Of a stretch of 24,085 nucleotides of DNA, positions 1-8,536 are shown piece after piece. The stretch is taken from the IMG/VR virus record IMGVR_UViG_3300020045_000377, positions 1 through 24,085 of that record; one strand, 5' to 3'. Each line of letters begins with the position of its first letter. Position 1 is the first letter of the stretch. The notes under the pieces are model-generated. The model did not search any database. It had not been told where the DNA came from and saw nothing but the letters and a program-made list of their open reading frames with translations. The DNA comes from a virus (lineage: Duplodnaviria > Caudoviricetes). The position numbers were made by a program, and so were the translations under genes.

Positions 1-128
1 AACCAGCCGTTGATCTACACCTTCTAGTTTATTCCTTCCACTTAACATAGCTTTCCTTAAACATTTTAATTACCACTGGAAGCTTTTCCAAAACACAAAT
101 CATTCTCATTAGCCTATACCCGACTAAA

Positions 129-286
129 CTTGAGGGTTATTCTTGAGCCCATGCTTGAGGGGTAGGCAGGGGGTTAGCCCTTGCTGTGTAGGGTGCATTA
201 CACCTAAAATTTATCTAGTAAAAATTATCACATTCAGCCTCTTGCCCAGAATGTTCCTTGAGTATATACTTGAGAGTGTTCTTGAG
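129..286 (+). repeat. Two clusters of three CTTGAG hexamers with 12-13 bp period
   Basis: CTTGAG at 129, 142, 154 and at 257, 269, 281; the clusters are offset by 127-128 bp in a non-coding leader. Confidence 0.8.
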
Positions 287-299
287 AAGTGTCTATGAC

Positions 300-344
300 G
301 TACCTTCGGTACATAAGAATGTCCTGTTAAGGACGTATAAGAAT
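300..344 (+). promoter_or_regulatory. Two tandem short hairpins, each followed by ATAAGAAT, upstream of the lysis genes
   Basis: GTACC-TTC-GGTAC (300-312) then ATAAGAAT; GTCCT-GTTA-AGGAC (321-334) then GT-ATAAGAAT. A regulatory role is inferred only. Confidence 0.35.
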
Positions 345-363
345 TAATGTGGAATAGTAATTT

Positions 364-570
364 ATGAGTTTACAAGAAACAATGTCTCAAATTCCAGATA
401 GTGCGAAAATAGCTATTGCTACTTCTAGCTCTGCTCTTTCATTCCTAGGTGTTCCTGTGGAACAGTGGATGTATCTTCTATCTGCTATTGTCTCAGTGTT
501 ATTTATTCTGGAGAAACTTCCAGTAGTGATTAAGATGTTTAAGGAAATGTATGTTAAGTGGAAAGAATAA
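364..570 (+). CDS. Putative holin (small membrane protein)
   Basis: 68 aa with hydrophobic segments (ALSFLGVPV; WMYLLSAIVSVLFIL) and a basic C-terminus; lies directly upstream of, and overlaps, the endolysin. Confidence 0.65.
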   Translation: MSLQETMSQIPDSAKIAIATSSSALSFLGVPVEQWMYLLSAIVSVLFILEKLPVVIKMFKEMYVKWKE

Positions 571-949
571 GCTAGAAGGTGTAGATCAACGGCTGGTTGA
601 TATTGTAGAAGAGGTCGGTAAGACTAGAAATATTATTGTCACCGAAGGTGTACGAACTCTAGAACGACAAAAGGAACTTTATGCTCAAGGGCGTACTAAG
701 CCGGGTAAGATGATTACTTGGACGTTAAAGAGTAAACACATTGATGGTAAGGCTGTTGATGTATGTCCTTACGTTAATAAGACAATCCCTTGGAATGATA
801 CAATTGCTTTCGTAGACTTAGGTATTGAAATGCTTGATGTCGCACACAAGAAAGGTATTTCTATTCGTTGGGGGTACGACTGGGATGGTGATGAAAGTCT
901 TATGGAAGCTGGCGAATCAGATGGACCTCATTTTGAACTGAGAGAATAA
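551..949 (+). CDS. Endolysin, L-alanyl-D-glutamate peptidase (peptidase M15 family)
   Basis: Motifs EGVRTLERQKELYAQGRTKPG, SKHIDGKAVD (SxH-x6-D Zn ligands), IRWGYDW and DGPHFE are typical of M15C/Ply500/T5-like endolysins. Confidence 0.9.
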   Translation: MLSGKNKLEGVDQRLVDIVEEVGKTRNIIVTEGVRTLERQKELYAQGRTKPGKMITWTLKSKHIDGKAVDVCPYVNKTIPWNDTIAFVDLGIEMLDVAHKKGISIRWGYDWDGDESLMEAGESDGPHFELRE

Positions 950-950
950 T

Positions 951-1391
951 ATGGGATTCTGGGGAAAAGTATTTGGAACAGACGAAGCTATTACATCCAC
1001 TATTGGAGCTGTTAGAGATGGCCTAGACTCTCTCGTTTATACGAATGAAGAGAAAGCTAACGACGCAGCTAAAGAACGCTCTGAAGCCCGTTCAATGCTT
1101 GTACAATGGATGGAAGCTACACAAGGACAGAATCTAGCACGTAGAGTTATTTCGTTGGCTATTACAGGTGTATGGCTCCTTCAATACATTGTTGCTCAGA
1201 TTGCTTCGTCTATTGCCATATTCTGGACAACAAAAGCAGGTGAACTAAATCAACTTGCTAAAGTACAAATGGATAGTGCAGAAGCTATGTCTTCTGCTGT
1301 TATGTTAATTCTCGCTTTCTATTTTGCAGCACCCCATATGGGTGATTTTGCTAAAGCAGTAATTACTAAATTCGAAACAAAGGTTAAATAA
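951..1391 (+). CDS. Membrane protein, probably holin-like (GTA 3TM holin-like architecture)
   Basis: Amphipathic N-terminus (MGFWGKVFG), DSLVYTNEEKA segment and C-terminal hydrophobic helices ending ILAFYFA; sits directly after the endolysin. Confidence 0.55.
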   Translation: MGFWGKVFGTDEAITSTIGAVRDGLDSLVYTNEEKANDAAKERSEARSMLVQWMEATQGQNLARRVISLAITGVWLLQYIVAQIASSIAIFWTTKAGELNQLAKVQMDSAEAMSSAVMLILAFYFAAPHMGDFAKAVITKFETKVK

Positions 1392-3386
1392 ATGGCAAAG
1401 TTAGAACTCTCAGATACGATTAGTGGATATAATCTTTCTGTACTTAATGATAATTTCCAAAAGATTGAAACAGAGTTAAAAGAGAAAGTTGTATATCGGG
1501 ATGAAGTATCTCCTATGGAGCGTACTCTTGATATGGATGGTAATAAGATTATTAATCTAGGGAATGCAGTACACAGTGGAGAAGCTGTCCCACTTAACCA
1601 ACTGCTTAGTTTAATTGATGTAATTGATGCTGCTGAAATTGATCCTTTTATTCGCTCAGAACTTGCTGATACATCTGGTGCATCTTTAGTGGGTTATCTG
1701 TCACCAGAAACGGGAGCAATTAATCGTACAGTAGAAGAGGAACTAAATGATTTAGCAGTTAGTGTTAAACGATTTGGTGCAGTGGGTGATGGTGTTGCTG
1801 ATGATACTGCTGCGATTCAAGCTGCTTTAAACGCAAGTGTTTCTGTATTTTTACCAACAGGTAATTATCGTGTAACAAGCACAATCACATTTCCAAATGG
1901 GCGAACACTTCATGGAAATCATCCTGTTGGTGGATACGTCAATTATGGATTTGGGTCTGTAATTATTGCAGATACCACCGCTACGGTATTCGTTCTGCGG
2001 GATGCCAGTGCTATAAAGAATATAGGCATCAGCTACCCTAACTACGCCACAGGCTCAATGGCTCCTGTTGTTAGTGATTACACTATCAAAATCGGATTGA
2101 ACGCTGGTGCACAATCTATTGACAGTGTTCTTGATGGAATAACAGTTTGGAATGCCTACAATTTTCTGTTTGTTTACGGCGGTCGTACAAAGGTAGATAA
2201 TATCTTTGGGCGGGTTGTGAACATTGGCCTTTTCCAAAAGTATTCCGGGGATATTAGTAGGTTCAGCAATGTCCACTTCATGCCGGTTGGTGAATGGGTG
2301 GCTGGAAATATATGGGAATGGACGCTGGCAAATGGAACAGGATTTATCGTTGGGGAGAGTGGGTTTACAAATGATGCCACGCAATATGATAACTGCTCTG
2401 CTGTTGGATTTGATATCGGCTTTTTACTGCGGCAAAATTCTGCAGGAAAATACAACCAAATTTCAGCAGACGTATGCAATACCGGCTGCGTAGTTTTAGC
2501 TGCCGGTACTAGCATTGCCAATTCATCGTTTACGACTGGAAGTCGTGGATCTGGGAATTGCCTTGAGATTGGCTCCTCAAGTACGCGCCCCTCAAGCGTT
2601 GCAATCACTGGATGCCATATCATTTCTGCTACGCAGTATTGCATCAAACTTATTAAAGTTGCTGATTTGTCTATTACTGGATGCACCATTGCAAGAGGTA
2701 AACTAGGGAATTTACTTGCTAGCCCTTCAACTTCTTCTGATCTAGCAGGTGTAGTAATCACTGGAAATATATTCGTAGCAGGAGCAAATTCAATAACGCT
2801 CTGTGCACTCGGGTCTATTGGTGATGCAGTAAATGTCTCAGATAACGCTTTTACAAATTACCAACCTTACACGTCCGTAGCGGGGATAAGCTGCTCTATT
2901 GCTACTGCAAAAGTAACAAATAATTCTTTTGGTGGCGTTTCTCCTCAGACTTCTGGAACAGCTTCTCCTACAGGAACTTTTACGCCTACGTACAAAACTA
3001 CCGGAGTAAATATTGTCTCCGCTACGTATCCAAGTTCAACCGGAGGATATTATTCAAGGGTGGGGGATGCTGTGTTTTTTACGCTATCTATGCAAACCGA
3101 CGCAATGGATAAGACGGGCGCGACGGGAAACGTCAGAATAACCGGTTTACCGATTACAGCGAAATCGGGGTTATCTTTCCCGCTCAACGCTGCGTGCTCT
3201 GTTGCAAACTCTTTGACGTTTGGCGGCAGTAGACCTATGTTTGCCAGGGTAGTGCAGGGAACTGCTGATATAGAACTCTTCTATCGGGTAGCAGTGGGAG
3301 ATAATGACTCGGCAGTTCCTATTGGAAGTTTAAGTACAGGAGCCTCTGCTAATATTATTACAGTTTCTGGGGTATATCCTATCTAA
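1392..3386 (+). CDS. Tailspike / tail fibre with pectate-lyase-like beta-helix (putative polysaccharide depolymerase)
   Basis: N-terminal anchor (LNDNFQKIE...LDMDGNKIINL), the Pectate_lyase_3-type start SVKRFGAVGDGVADDTAAIQAAL, beta-helix repeats (ITGC, ITGN), and a C-terminal GTFTPT...YSRVGDAV...ITGLP domain. Confidence 0.85.
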   Translation: MAKLELSDTISGYNLSVLNDNFQKIETELKEKVVYRDEVSPMERTLDMDGNKIINLGNAVHSGEAVPLNQLLSLIDVIDAAEIDPFIRSELADTSGASLVGYLSPETGAINRTVEEELNDLAVSVKRFGAVGDGVADDTAAIQAALNASVSVFLPTGNYRVTSTITFPNGRTLHGNHPVGGYVNYGFGSVIIADTTATVFVLRDASAIKNIGISYPNYATGSMAPVVSDYTIKIGLNAGAQSIDSVLDGITVWNAYNFLFVYGGRTKVDNIFGRVVNIGLFQKYSGDISRFSNVHFMPVGEWVAGNIWEWTLANGTGFIVGESGFTNDATQYDNCSAVGFDIGFLLRQNSAGKYNQISADVCNTGCVVLAAGTSIANSSFTTGSRGSGNCLEIGSSSTRPSSVAITGCHIISATQYCIKLIKVADLSITGCTIARGKLGNLLASPSTSSDLAGVVITGNIFVAGANSITLCALGSIGDAVNVSDNAFTNYQPYTSVAGISCSIATAKVTNNSFGGVSPQTSGTASPTGTFTPTYKTTGVNIVSATYPSSTGGYYSRVGDAVFFTLSMQTDAMDKTGATGNVRITGLPITAKSGLSFPLNAACSVANSLTFGGSRPMFARVVQGTADIELFYRVAVGDNDSAVPIGSLSTGASANIITVSGVYPI

Positions 3387-3458
3387 ATGATAAATAATTT
3401 ACATATCTTCTATTTAATTTTAATTAAGAGTAGTAGATTGTTTTTATAAACTAAAAAC

Positions 3459-3956
3459 ATGAATAAACAAGAACTTATGCTAGATAGTATGGGTAAATTT
3501 CGTACCCAGTCTCTTTTTCTAGAGTTAGGTTATACGGAAGGATCACTGTACACGTTGAAGGATGAAGATTATACTTACAACAATAAAGTATATCCTTCGT
3601 TAAAGAAACTATATCTAGAAACTGCTGATCCTACTGAGTATCTCTTTGCCAAGGAATATCTCCTTGGCTGGAGACATTGGCAGAGGATGTGTGAAAACCA
3701 AGCTATTCGTAAACATATTGACGAATGGCGAGAGGAATTAGAAGTAGCTCTTCGTTCTAAAGCAATTGGTGATGCTATTACAGCAGCTAAGACAGGAAAC
3801 TTTCAAGCTGCTAAATGGGTTGCTGATCGTGGATGGAGTACACGAGGAGCTGGACGGCCTACTAAAGCCGAGTTAGAACGAGAAAAGAAAATACAATCAG
3901 CTATTGGTGAAGAATATAATAGTGATGTAATTAGAATGTTTCAAAAACAAGGCTGA
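3459..3956 (+). CDS. Terminase small subunit (putative)
   Basis: 165 aa helical protein immediately upstream of TerL; motifs YPSLKKLYLE, DPTEY, WRHWQR and EWREEL recalled from TerS of VpV262-like phages. Confidence 0.7.
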   Translation: MNKQELMLDSMGKFRTQSLFLELGYTEGSLYTLKDEDYTYNNKVYPSLKKLYLETADPTEYLFAKEYLLGWRHWQRMCENQAIRKHIDEWREELEVALRSKAIGDAITAAKTGNFQAAKWVADRGWSTRGAGRPTKAELEREKKIQSAIGEEYNSDVIRMFQKQG

Positions 3957-3959
3957 TGA

Positions 3960-5573
3960 ATGGCACAAGATGATGAAATCTGGCGTAAGGAAGCTAAACT
4001 AAAACTTGAAAGAATGCCACAAGAGGCTAAAGAGATTAGGGAAACTGCGCTTAATGATCTCTTCTTCTTTGCTCGTTTAGTTAATCCTGGGTATCTCTAT
4101 GGAGATGTTCATAAGGATATTTACAAATGGATGGAGTCCTACACTCTTTATGGGCAAGGTGCCATCAACATAACAAATAAGCTTATTATGCTCCCACGAG
4201 CCCATTTAAAGAGCCATATGGTGGCTACATGGGCAACTTGGATTATTGCTAGGCATCCTGAAGTAACTATTTTATACGTTTCAGCTACTTCAGGTCTTGC
4301 TGAGACTCAGTTGTTTGCTATTAAGAATATTCTAGAAAGTCAGGTATTTACTCGTTACTTTCCTGAATACATTAATCCACAAGAAGGTAAACGAGAAAAG
4401 TGGAGCCAAACATCAATCTCTATTGATCATGTTAAACGCCGTAAAGAAGGCATTCGAGATGCCACTATTTCTACAGCAGGTTTGACAACTAATACGACAG
4501 GATGGCACGCTGATATTCTTATTCCAGATGACTTAGTTGTCCCTGAAAATGCATATACAGAAGACGGTCGTTTAAGCGTATCTAAGAAAGCTTCTCAGTT
4601 TACTTCTATTCTTAATGCAGGCGGTTTTACAATGGCTTGCGGAACTCGTTACCATCCTTCTGATATTTATGCAGACTGGAAGAAACAAGAGTTTGATATT
4701 TATGATGAGAACGAAGAAATTGTAGATAGGATGAACGTATGGGAGATTAAAGAATATGCTGTAGAGCATGATGGAATCTTTATCTGGCCTCGTACAGTTA
4801 GGCCTTTAGATGGTAAGTCTTTTGGATTTAATAACCAGACACTAGCTAAGATTAGGGCTCAATATGAAGATAGGATTCAGTTCTATGCTCAGTATTATAA
4901 TGATCCAAATGATCCCGGTTCTAATCGTATTAGTAGAGATAAGTTTCAATACTATGATAAGAAATTTCTAAAGCAACAGTATGGTCATTACTATTACAAG
5001 AGTAAGAAACTAAATGTCTATGCTGCTATTGACTTTGCTTTTAGTTTATCTAAGAAATCAGATAATACAGCTATTGTAGTTATTGGTATTGACGAAGAAG
5101 GTTATATCTATGTGTTAGATATTGATGTATTCAAGAGTGATAAAATCTCTGAATACTTCAGACATATTGCAGACCTACATTCTAAATGGGAGTTTAAGAA
5201 ACTAAGAGCTGAAGTAACAGTTGCACAAGCTATTATTGTCAGAGATTTAAAAGATACCCTTCGTTCAGAGGGATTGCAACTGTCTATTGATGAACACCGT
5301 CCTACACGTAATGAGGGAACTAAAGAGGAACGTATCTCTTCTGCTTTGGAACATAGGTACGATAATCTATCTATTTGGCACTTTAAGGGTGGTTACATTG
5401 ATATGCTCGAAGAAGAACTGGTCTTGGCTCGTCCTGCTCATGATGACATTAAAGACGCTCTTGCATGTGCTGTAGAAATTGCAGTTAAACCTAAAAGGTC
5501 TAGACGAGATGAATTTAAAGAAGAAAGAAATGTTTTATATCATCCACGATTTGGTGGAATTAGATATGCCTAA
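3960..5573 (+). CDS. terL: Terminase large subunit
   Basis: Walker A-like LPRAHLKS, Walker B GWHADILIPDD, motif III GTRY, nuclease acidic residues AAIDFA and HDDIKDALA. Confidence 0.93.
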   Translation: MAQDDEIWRKEAKLKLERMPQEAKEIRETALNDLFFFARLVNPGYLYGDVHKDIYKWMESYTLYGQGAINITNKLIMLPRAHLKSHMVATWATWIIARHPEVTILYVSATSGLAETQLFAIKNILESQVFTRYFPEYINPQEGKREKWSQTSISIDHVKRRKEGIRDATISTAGLTTNTTGWHADILIPDDLVVPENAYTEDGRLSVSKKASQFTSILNAGGFTMACGTRYHPSDIYADWKKQEFDIYDENEEIVDRMNVWEIKEYAVEHDGIFIWPRTVRPLDGKSFGFNNQTLAKIRAQYEDRIQFYAQYYNDPNDPGSNRISRDKFQYYDKKFLKQQYGHYYYKSKKLNVYAAIDFAFSLSKKSDNTAIVVIGIDEEGYIYVLDIDVFKSDKISEYFRHIADLHSKWEFKKLRAEVTVAQAIIVRDLKDTLRSEGLQLSIDEHRPTRNEGTKEERISSALEHRYDNLSIWHFKGGYIDMLEEELVLARPAHDDIKDALACAVEIAVKPKRSRRDEFKEERNVLYHPRFGGIRYA

Positions 5574-5583
5574 GAGGAAATAA

Positions 5584-7329
5584 ATGGCTAATAAACCCCT
5601 ACAGCTCGCGTCAGTTAGAGAAGACCTTGCTAAATATGTTGCATTTGAGTGGCATCGTCACAACTCTCAACGACATGAGAAGATTGCTCTTTGGAAAGAA
5701 CTTCGTAATTATGTCTTTGCTACAGATACAACAACTACCACTAACAAATCGCTTCCTTGGAAGAACAGTACAACTCTGCCTAAGCTTTGTCAGATCAGAG
5801 ACAATCTTCATTCCAATTACATCTCTGCTCTTTTTCCAAATGATGAATGGCTAAGGTGGGAGGCTTATACGCGCGATGACGCTGCTAAAGGTAAAACTGA
5901 GGCAATAGTAGCCTACATGTCAAACAAAGCGCGTGAGAGCCATTTTAAGATGGAACTGAGCCAGTTGTTGTACGATTACATCGACTACGGTAACGCATTT
6001 GCTACAGTAGGCTTTCAAAGCTCATATGCTGATGATGGTAAAGGGAATAAGACAACTAACTATGTTGGTCCTCGTATCCATCGTATCAGTCCTTTAGATA
6101 TTGTGTTTAATCCTTTAGCTAATTCTTTTCGAGAAAGTTATAAGATTATTCGTTCTATCAAACCTATTGGTGAACTTATTCGTATGGCTAAGGACAACCC
6201 TGGTCAATATGGATTCTTTGAAGAAGTTTTCATTAAACGAAATAAGGTTATGCAGTATGCAAACGCTTATGGTATTGAAGATAACGACAAAGCAGAAGGT
6301 TTACAAGTAGACGGGTTTGGTAACTTTAATGACTATCTTCAAAGCGGATATGTAGAACTTCTTACATTCTATGGTGACTTGTTTGACAATGAGACAGGTA
6401 AGCTAGAAGATAATCAAGTAGTAACAGTCGTAGACCGCATGTATGTGGCCGACAAGCGTCCGTTGGACACGTGGATAGGCCATGCCCCCATCTACCACGT
6501 TGGATGGCGTAAACGCCCGGATAACTTGTGGGCTATGGGTCCATTGGATAACTTGGTTGGTATGCAATATCGGATTGACCATCTAGAGAATCTTAAAGCA
6601 GATGCAATGGATTTGGCTGTTCTTCCTCCTCTCGTTATTGCAGGTGAGGTAGAAGAGTTTGAATATGCTCCGGGTAAGGAAATCCACATTGACGAGAATG
6701 GTTCAGTAACAGAGCTTGGTAAGAATGCCCAATGGGTTATTACTGCTGAGAATGGTATTGACAAGCTTGAGATGCGAATGGAACAATACGCTGGAGCTCC
6801 ACGAGAGGCTATGGGTATTCGTTCAGCAGGTGAGAAGACAGCATTTGAAGTACAACAGCTTAACAATGCTGCTGGTCGTATCTTCCAAGAGAAGGTTAGT
6901 ACGTTTGAAACAGAACTTCTAGAGCCCTCTCTCAATGCTATGTTGGAAGCTGCTAAACGAAACATGGATATGACAGACTGGGTTAAAGTAATTGATAATG
7001 ACTTGGGTGTAACTCAGTTCATGGAGATTACGAAAGATGACATCACAGCATCTGGTATCCTTCGCCCTATTGGTGCTAGGCACTTTGCTGCTCAATCTCA
7101 GCTTGTACAAAATCTGACATCTATTTCTAATACACCTATCTGGCAACAGATTGCTCCTCACGTTAGTTCTAAACGTCTGGCGACATTGGTAGAGGACGTA
7201 TTGAATCTCAATCGTCATCAACTTATTCGTCCTAACGTAGCTATCACAGAGCAACAAGAAACAGCTAGACTTGGTAATCAAGCTAGTGAAGACCTTCAAG
7301 TTGAACAATCTATCCCTGTACAACCTTAA
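5584..7329 (+). CDS. Portal protein
   Basis: 581 aa directly after TerL, with RBS GAGGA. Portal-like motifs DYIDYGNAF, RISPLDIVFNP, WAMGPLDNL and EKTAFEVQQL. Confidence 0.9.
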   Translation: MANKPLQLASVREDLAKYVAFEWHRHNSQRHEKIALWKELRNYVFATDTTTTTNKSLPWKNSTTLPKLCQIRDNLHSNYISALFPNDEWLRWEAYTRDDAAKGKTEAIVAYMSNKARESHFKMELSQLLYDYIDYGNAFATVGFQSSYADDGKGNKTTNYVGPRIHRISPLDIVFNPLANSFRESYKIIRSIKPIGELIRMAKDNPGQYGFFEEVFIKRNKVMQYANAYGIEDNDKAEGLQVDGFGNFNDYLQSGYVELLTFYGDLFDNETGKLEDNQVVTVVDRMYVADKRPLDTWIGHAPIYHVGWRKRPDNLWAMGPLDNLVGMQYRIDHLENLKADAMDLAVLPPLVIAGEVEEFEYAPGKEIHIDENGSVTELGKNAQWVITAENGIDKLEMRMEQYAGAPREAMGIRSAGEKTAFEVQQLNNAAGRIFQEKVSTFETELLEPSLNAMLEAAKRNMDMTDWVKVIDNDLGVTQFMEITKDDITASGILRPIGARHFAAQSQLVQNLTSISNTPIWQQIAPHVSSKRLATLVEDVLNLNRHQLIRPNVAITEQQETARLGNQASEDLQVEQSIPVQP

Positions 7330-7587
7330 ATGAAAACAGTCTGGACATCTGGACTCAAGGATAAGGAGAAGCAAGAAATCATACAAGATTTTAGAGCTTC
7401 TCCCGCTCTTCGAGCACGCTTAATTAAAATTCTCGACGGCAAGATAGGGGCTACAAGAGCCTCTTCTTTATCAAAAGATACGTATTTATCCCCTTCGTGG
7501 GCGTACCAACAAGCTGACGCAGTAGGGTACGAAAGAGCTTTACGAGAGGTTATGTCACTATTTGACGAAAAAGATGTCGATAAGTGA
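7330..7587 (+). CDS. Hypothetical phage protein (between portal and scaffold)
   Basis: 85 aa abutting the portal stop codon; WAYQQADAVGYERAL helix; fits the operon. Confidence 0.75.
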   Translation: MKTVWTSGLKDKEKQEIIQDFRASPALRARLIKILDGKIGATRASSLSKDTYLSPSWAYQQADAVGYERALREVMSLFDEKDVDK

Positions 7588-7601
7588 TTAAAATCTCGGT
7601 A

Positions 7602-7680
7602 TAAGTAGTCACTTACAAGTATACTTACTCCCGAATGAACGAAGTGAAAGAGTGAGTAAGAATAAATACTAGTATACTTA
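7602..7680 (+). promoter_or_regulatory. Structured intergenic element upstream of scaffold/capsid genes
   Basis: TAAGT-AGTC-ACTTA hairpin (7602-7615), palindrome AAGTATACTT (7617-7626), CTTACTC...GAGTAAG stem (7624-7630/7654-7660), AGTATACTTA repeated at 7618 and 7671. Confidence 0.5.
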
Positions 7681-7702
7681 ACACAATTAGAAAGAAACAT
7701 TA

Positions 7703-8527
7703 GTGTCTGACCAGACCTCAATCTTTAATAAAGAACAATCGACTGAACAGCAGTCAAACACGACTAATAGCACTAGTCAAACTCAATCGTCACCTGATCC
7801 TCTGAATGACCTTCTAGGACAGATTAAGAACGAACGAGGGGAGCCGAAGTACAAATCGGTTCAAGATGCTTTAAACGGCTTACTTCACGCTCAAAATCAC
7901 ATCCAAACACTGCTGACAGAAAAAAGGCAAGTGGATGAAGAATTGAATACATTGCGTCCAGTGGCTGTTAAGGTTTCTGAACTTGAGAAAGTCGTAGAGA
8001 GGCTCACTCAACCTAGTCAATCCCAAACTGTTACACCAACAGCACAACAAGGGTTTACGGAAGAGCAAGTTGCTAAACTCGTTGAACAAACGATGACACG
8101 TAATCAACAACAAACAGTAGCTAAAGCTAACTTGGAAAGTGTTGTGAACAGTGTCAAAAAGCACTTTGGGGATAAGGCTGAAGAAGTCTTTTACGCTAAA
8201 GCTGCTGAGCTTGGTATGAATCAAGCAGAGATTAATGCACTAGCTGCACGTACTCCTGCTGCTACTTTGAAACTTCTAGGTATTACTGCTGTTACTTCAG
8301 CGTCTCCTAATGTTCAAACTAGCTCGATTAATACTTCTGCTTTGGAACCTAACAGACAGACATTCATTAGCCGAAACGCAACAAAACTTGAAGTTGGAGC
8401 AACTCATCAAGACATCATGAGGGAAGCGGAAGCCTCTCGTAAAATGATTGAAGAGATGGGACAACAAGGAATGTCTATTGATGACTTAACAAAGCCATCA
8501 AATTACTTTAAATATTTTGGAAAATAA
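7703..8527 (+). CDS. Capsid scaffolding protein
   Basis: GTG start; Q/S/T-rich low-complexity N-terminus, coiled coil (KYKSVQDALNGLLHAQNHIQTL); position between portal and major capsid. Confidence 0.85.
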   Translation: MSDQTSIFNKEQSTEQQSNTTNSTSQTQSSPDPLNDLLGQIKNERGEPKYKSVQDALNGLLHAQNHIQTLLTEKRQVDEELNTLRPVAVKVSELEKVVERLTQPSQSQTVTPTAQQGFTEEQVAKLVEQTMTRNQQQTVAKANLESVVNSVKKHFGDKAEEVFYAKAAELGMNQAEINALAARTPAATLKLLGITAVTSASPNVQTSSINTSALEPNRQTFISRNATKLEVGATHQDIMREAEASRKMIEEMGQQGMSIDDLTKPSNYFKYFGK

Positions 8528-8536
8528 GGAATAATA

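Noticed and set aside
129-344. Possible CRISPR-like mini-array in the leader
   Set aside because: Repeats are only 6-8 bp with 6-7 bp spacers, far from CRISPR dimensions, and no cas genes are present.
2055-2761. Several overlapping alternative-frame and antisense ORFs within the tailspike (similar ones within the portal, ejection and SGNH genes)
   Set aside because: They are fully nested in long, well-supported genes and have no recognisable motifs.
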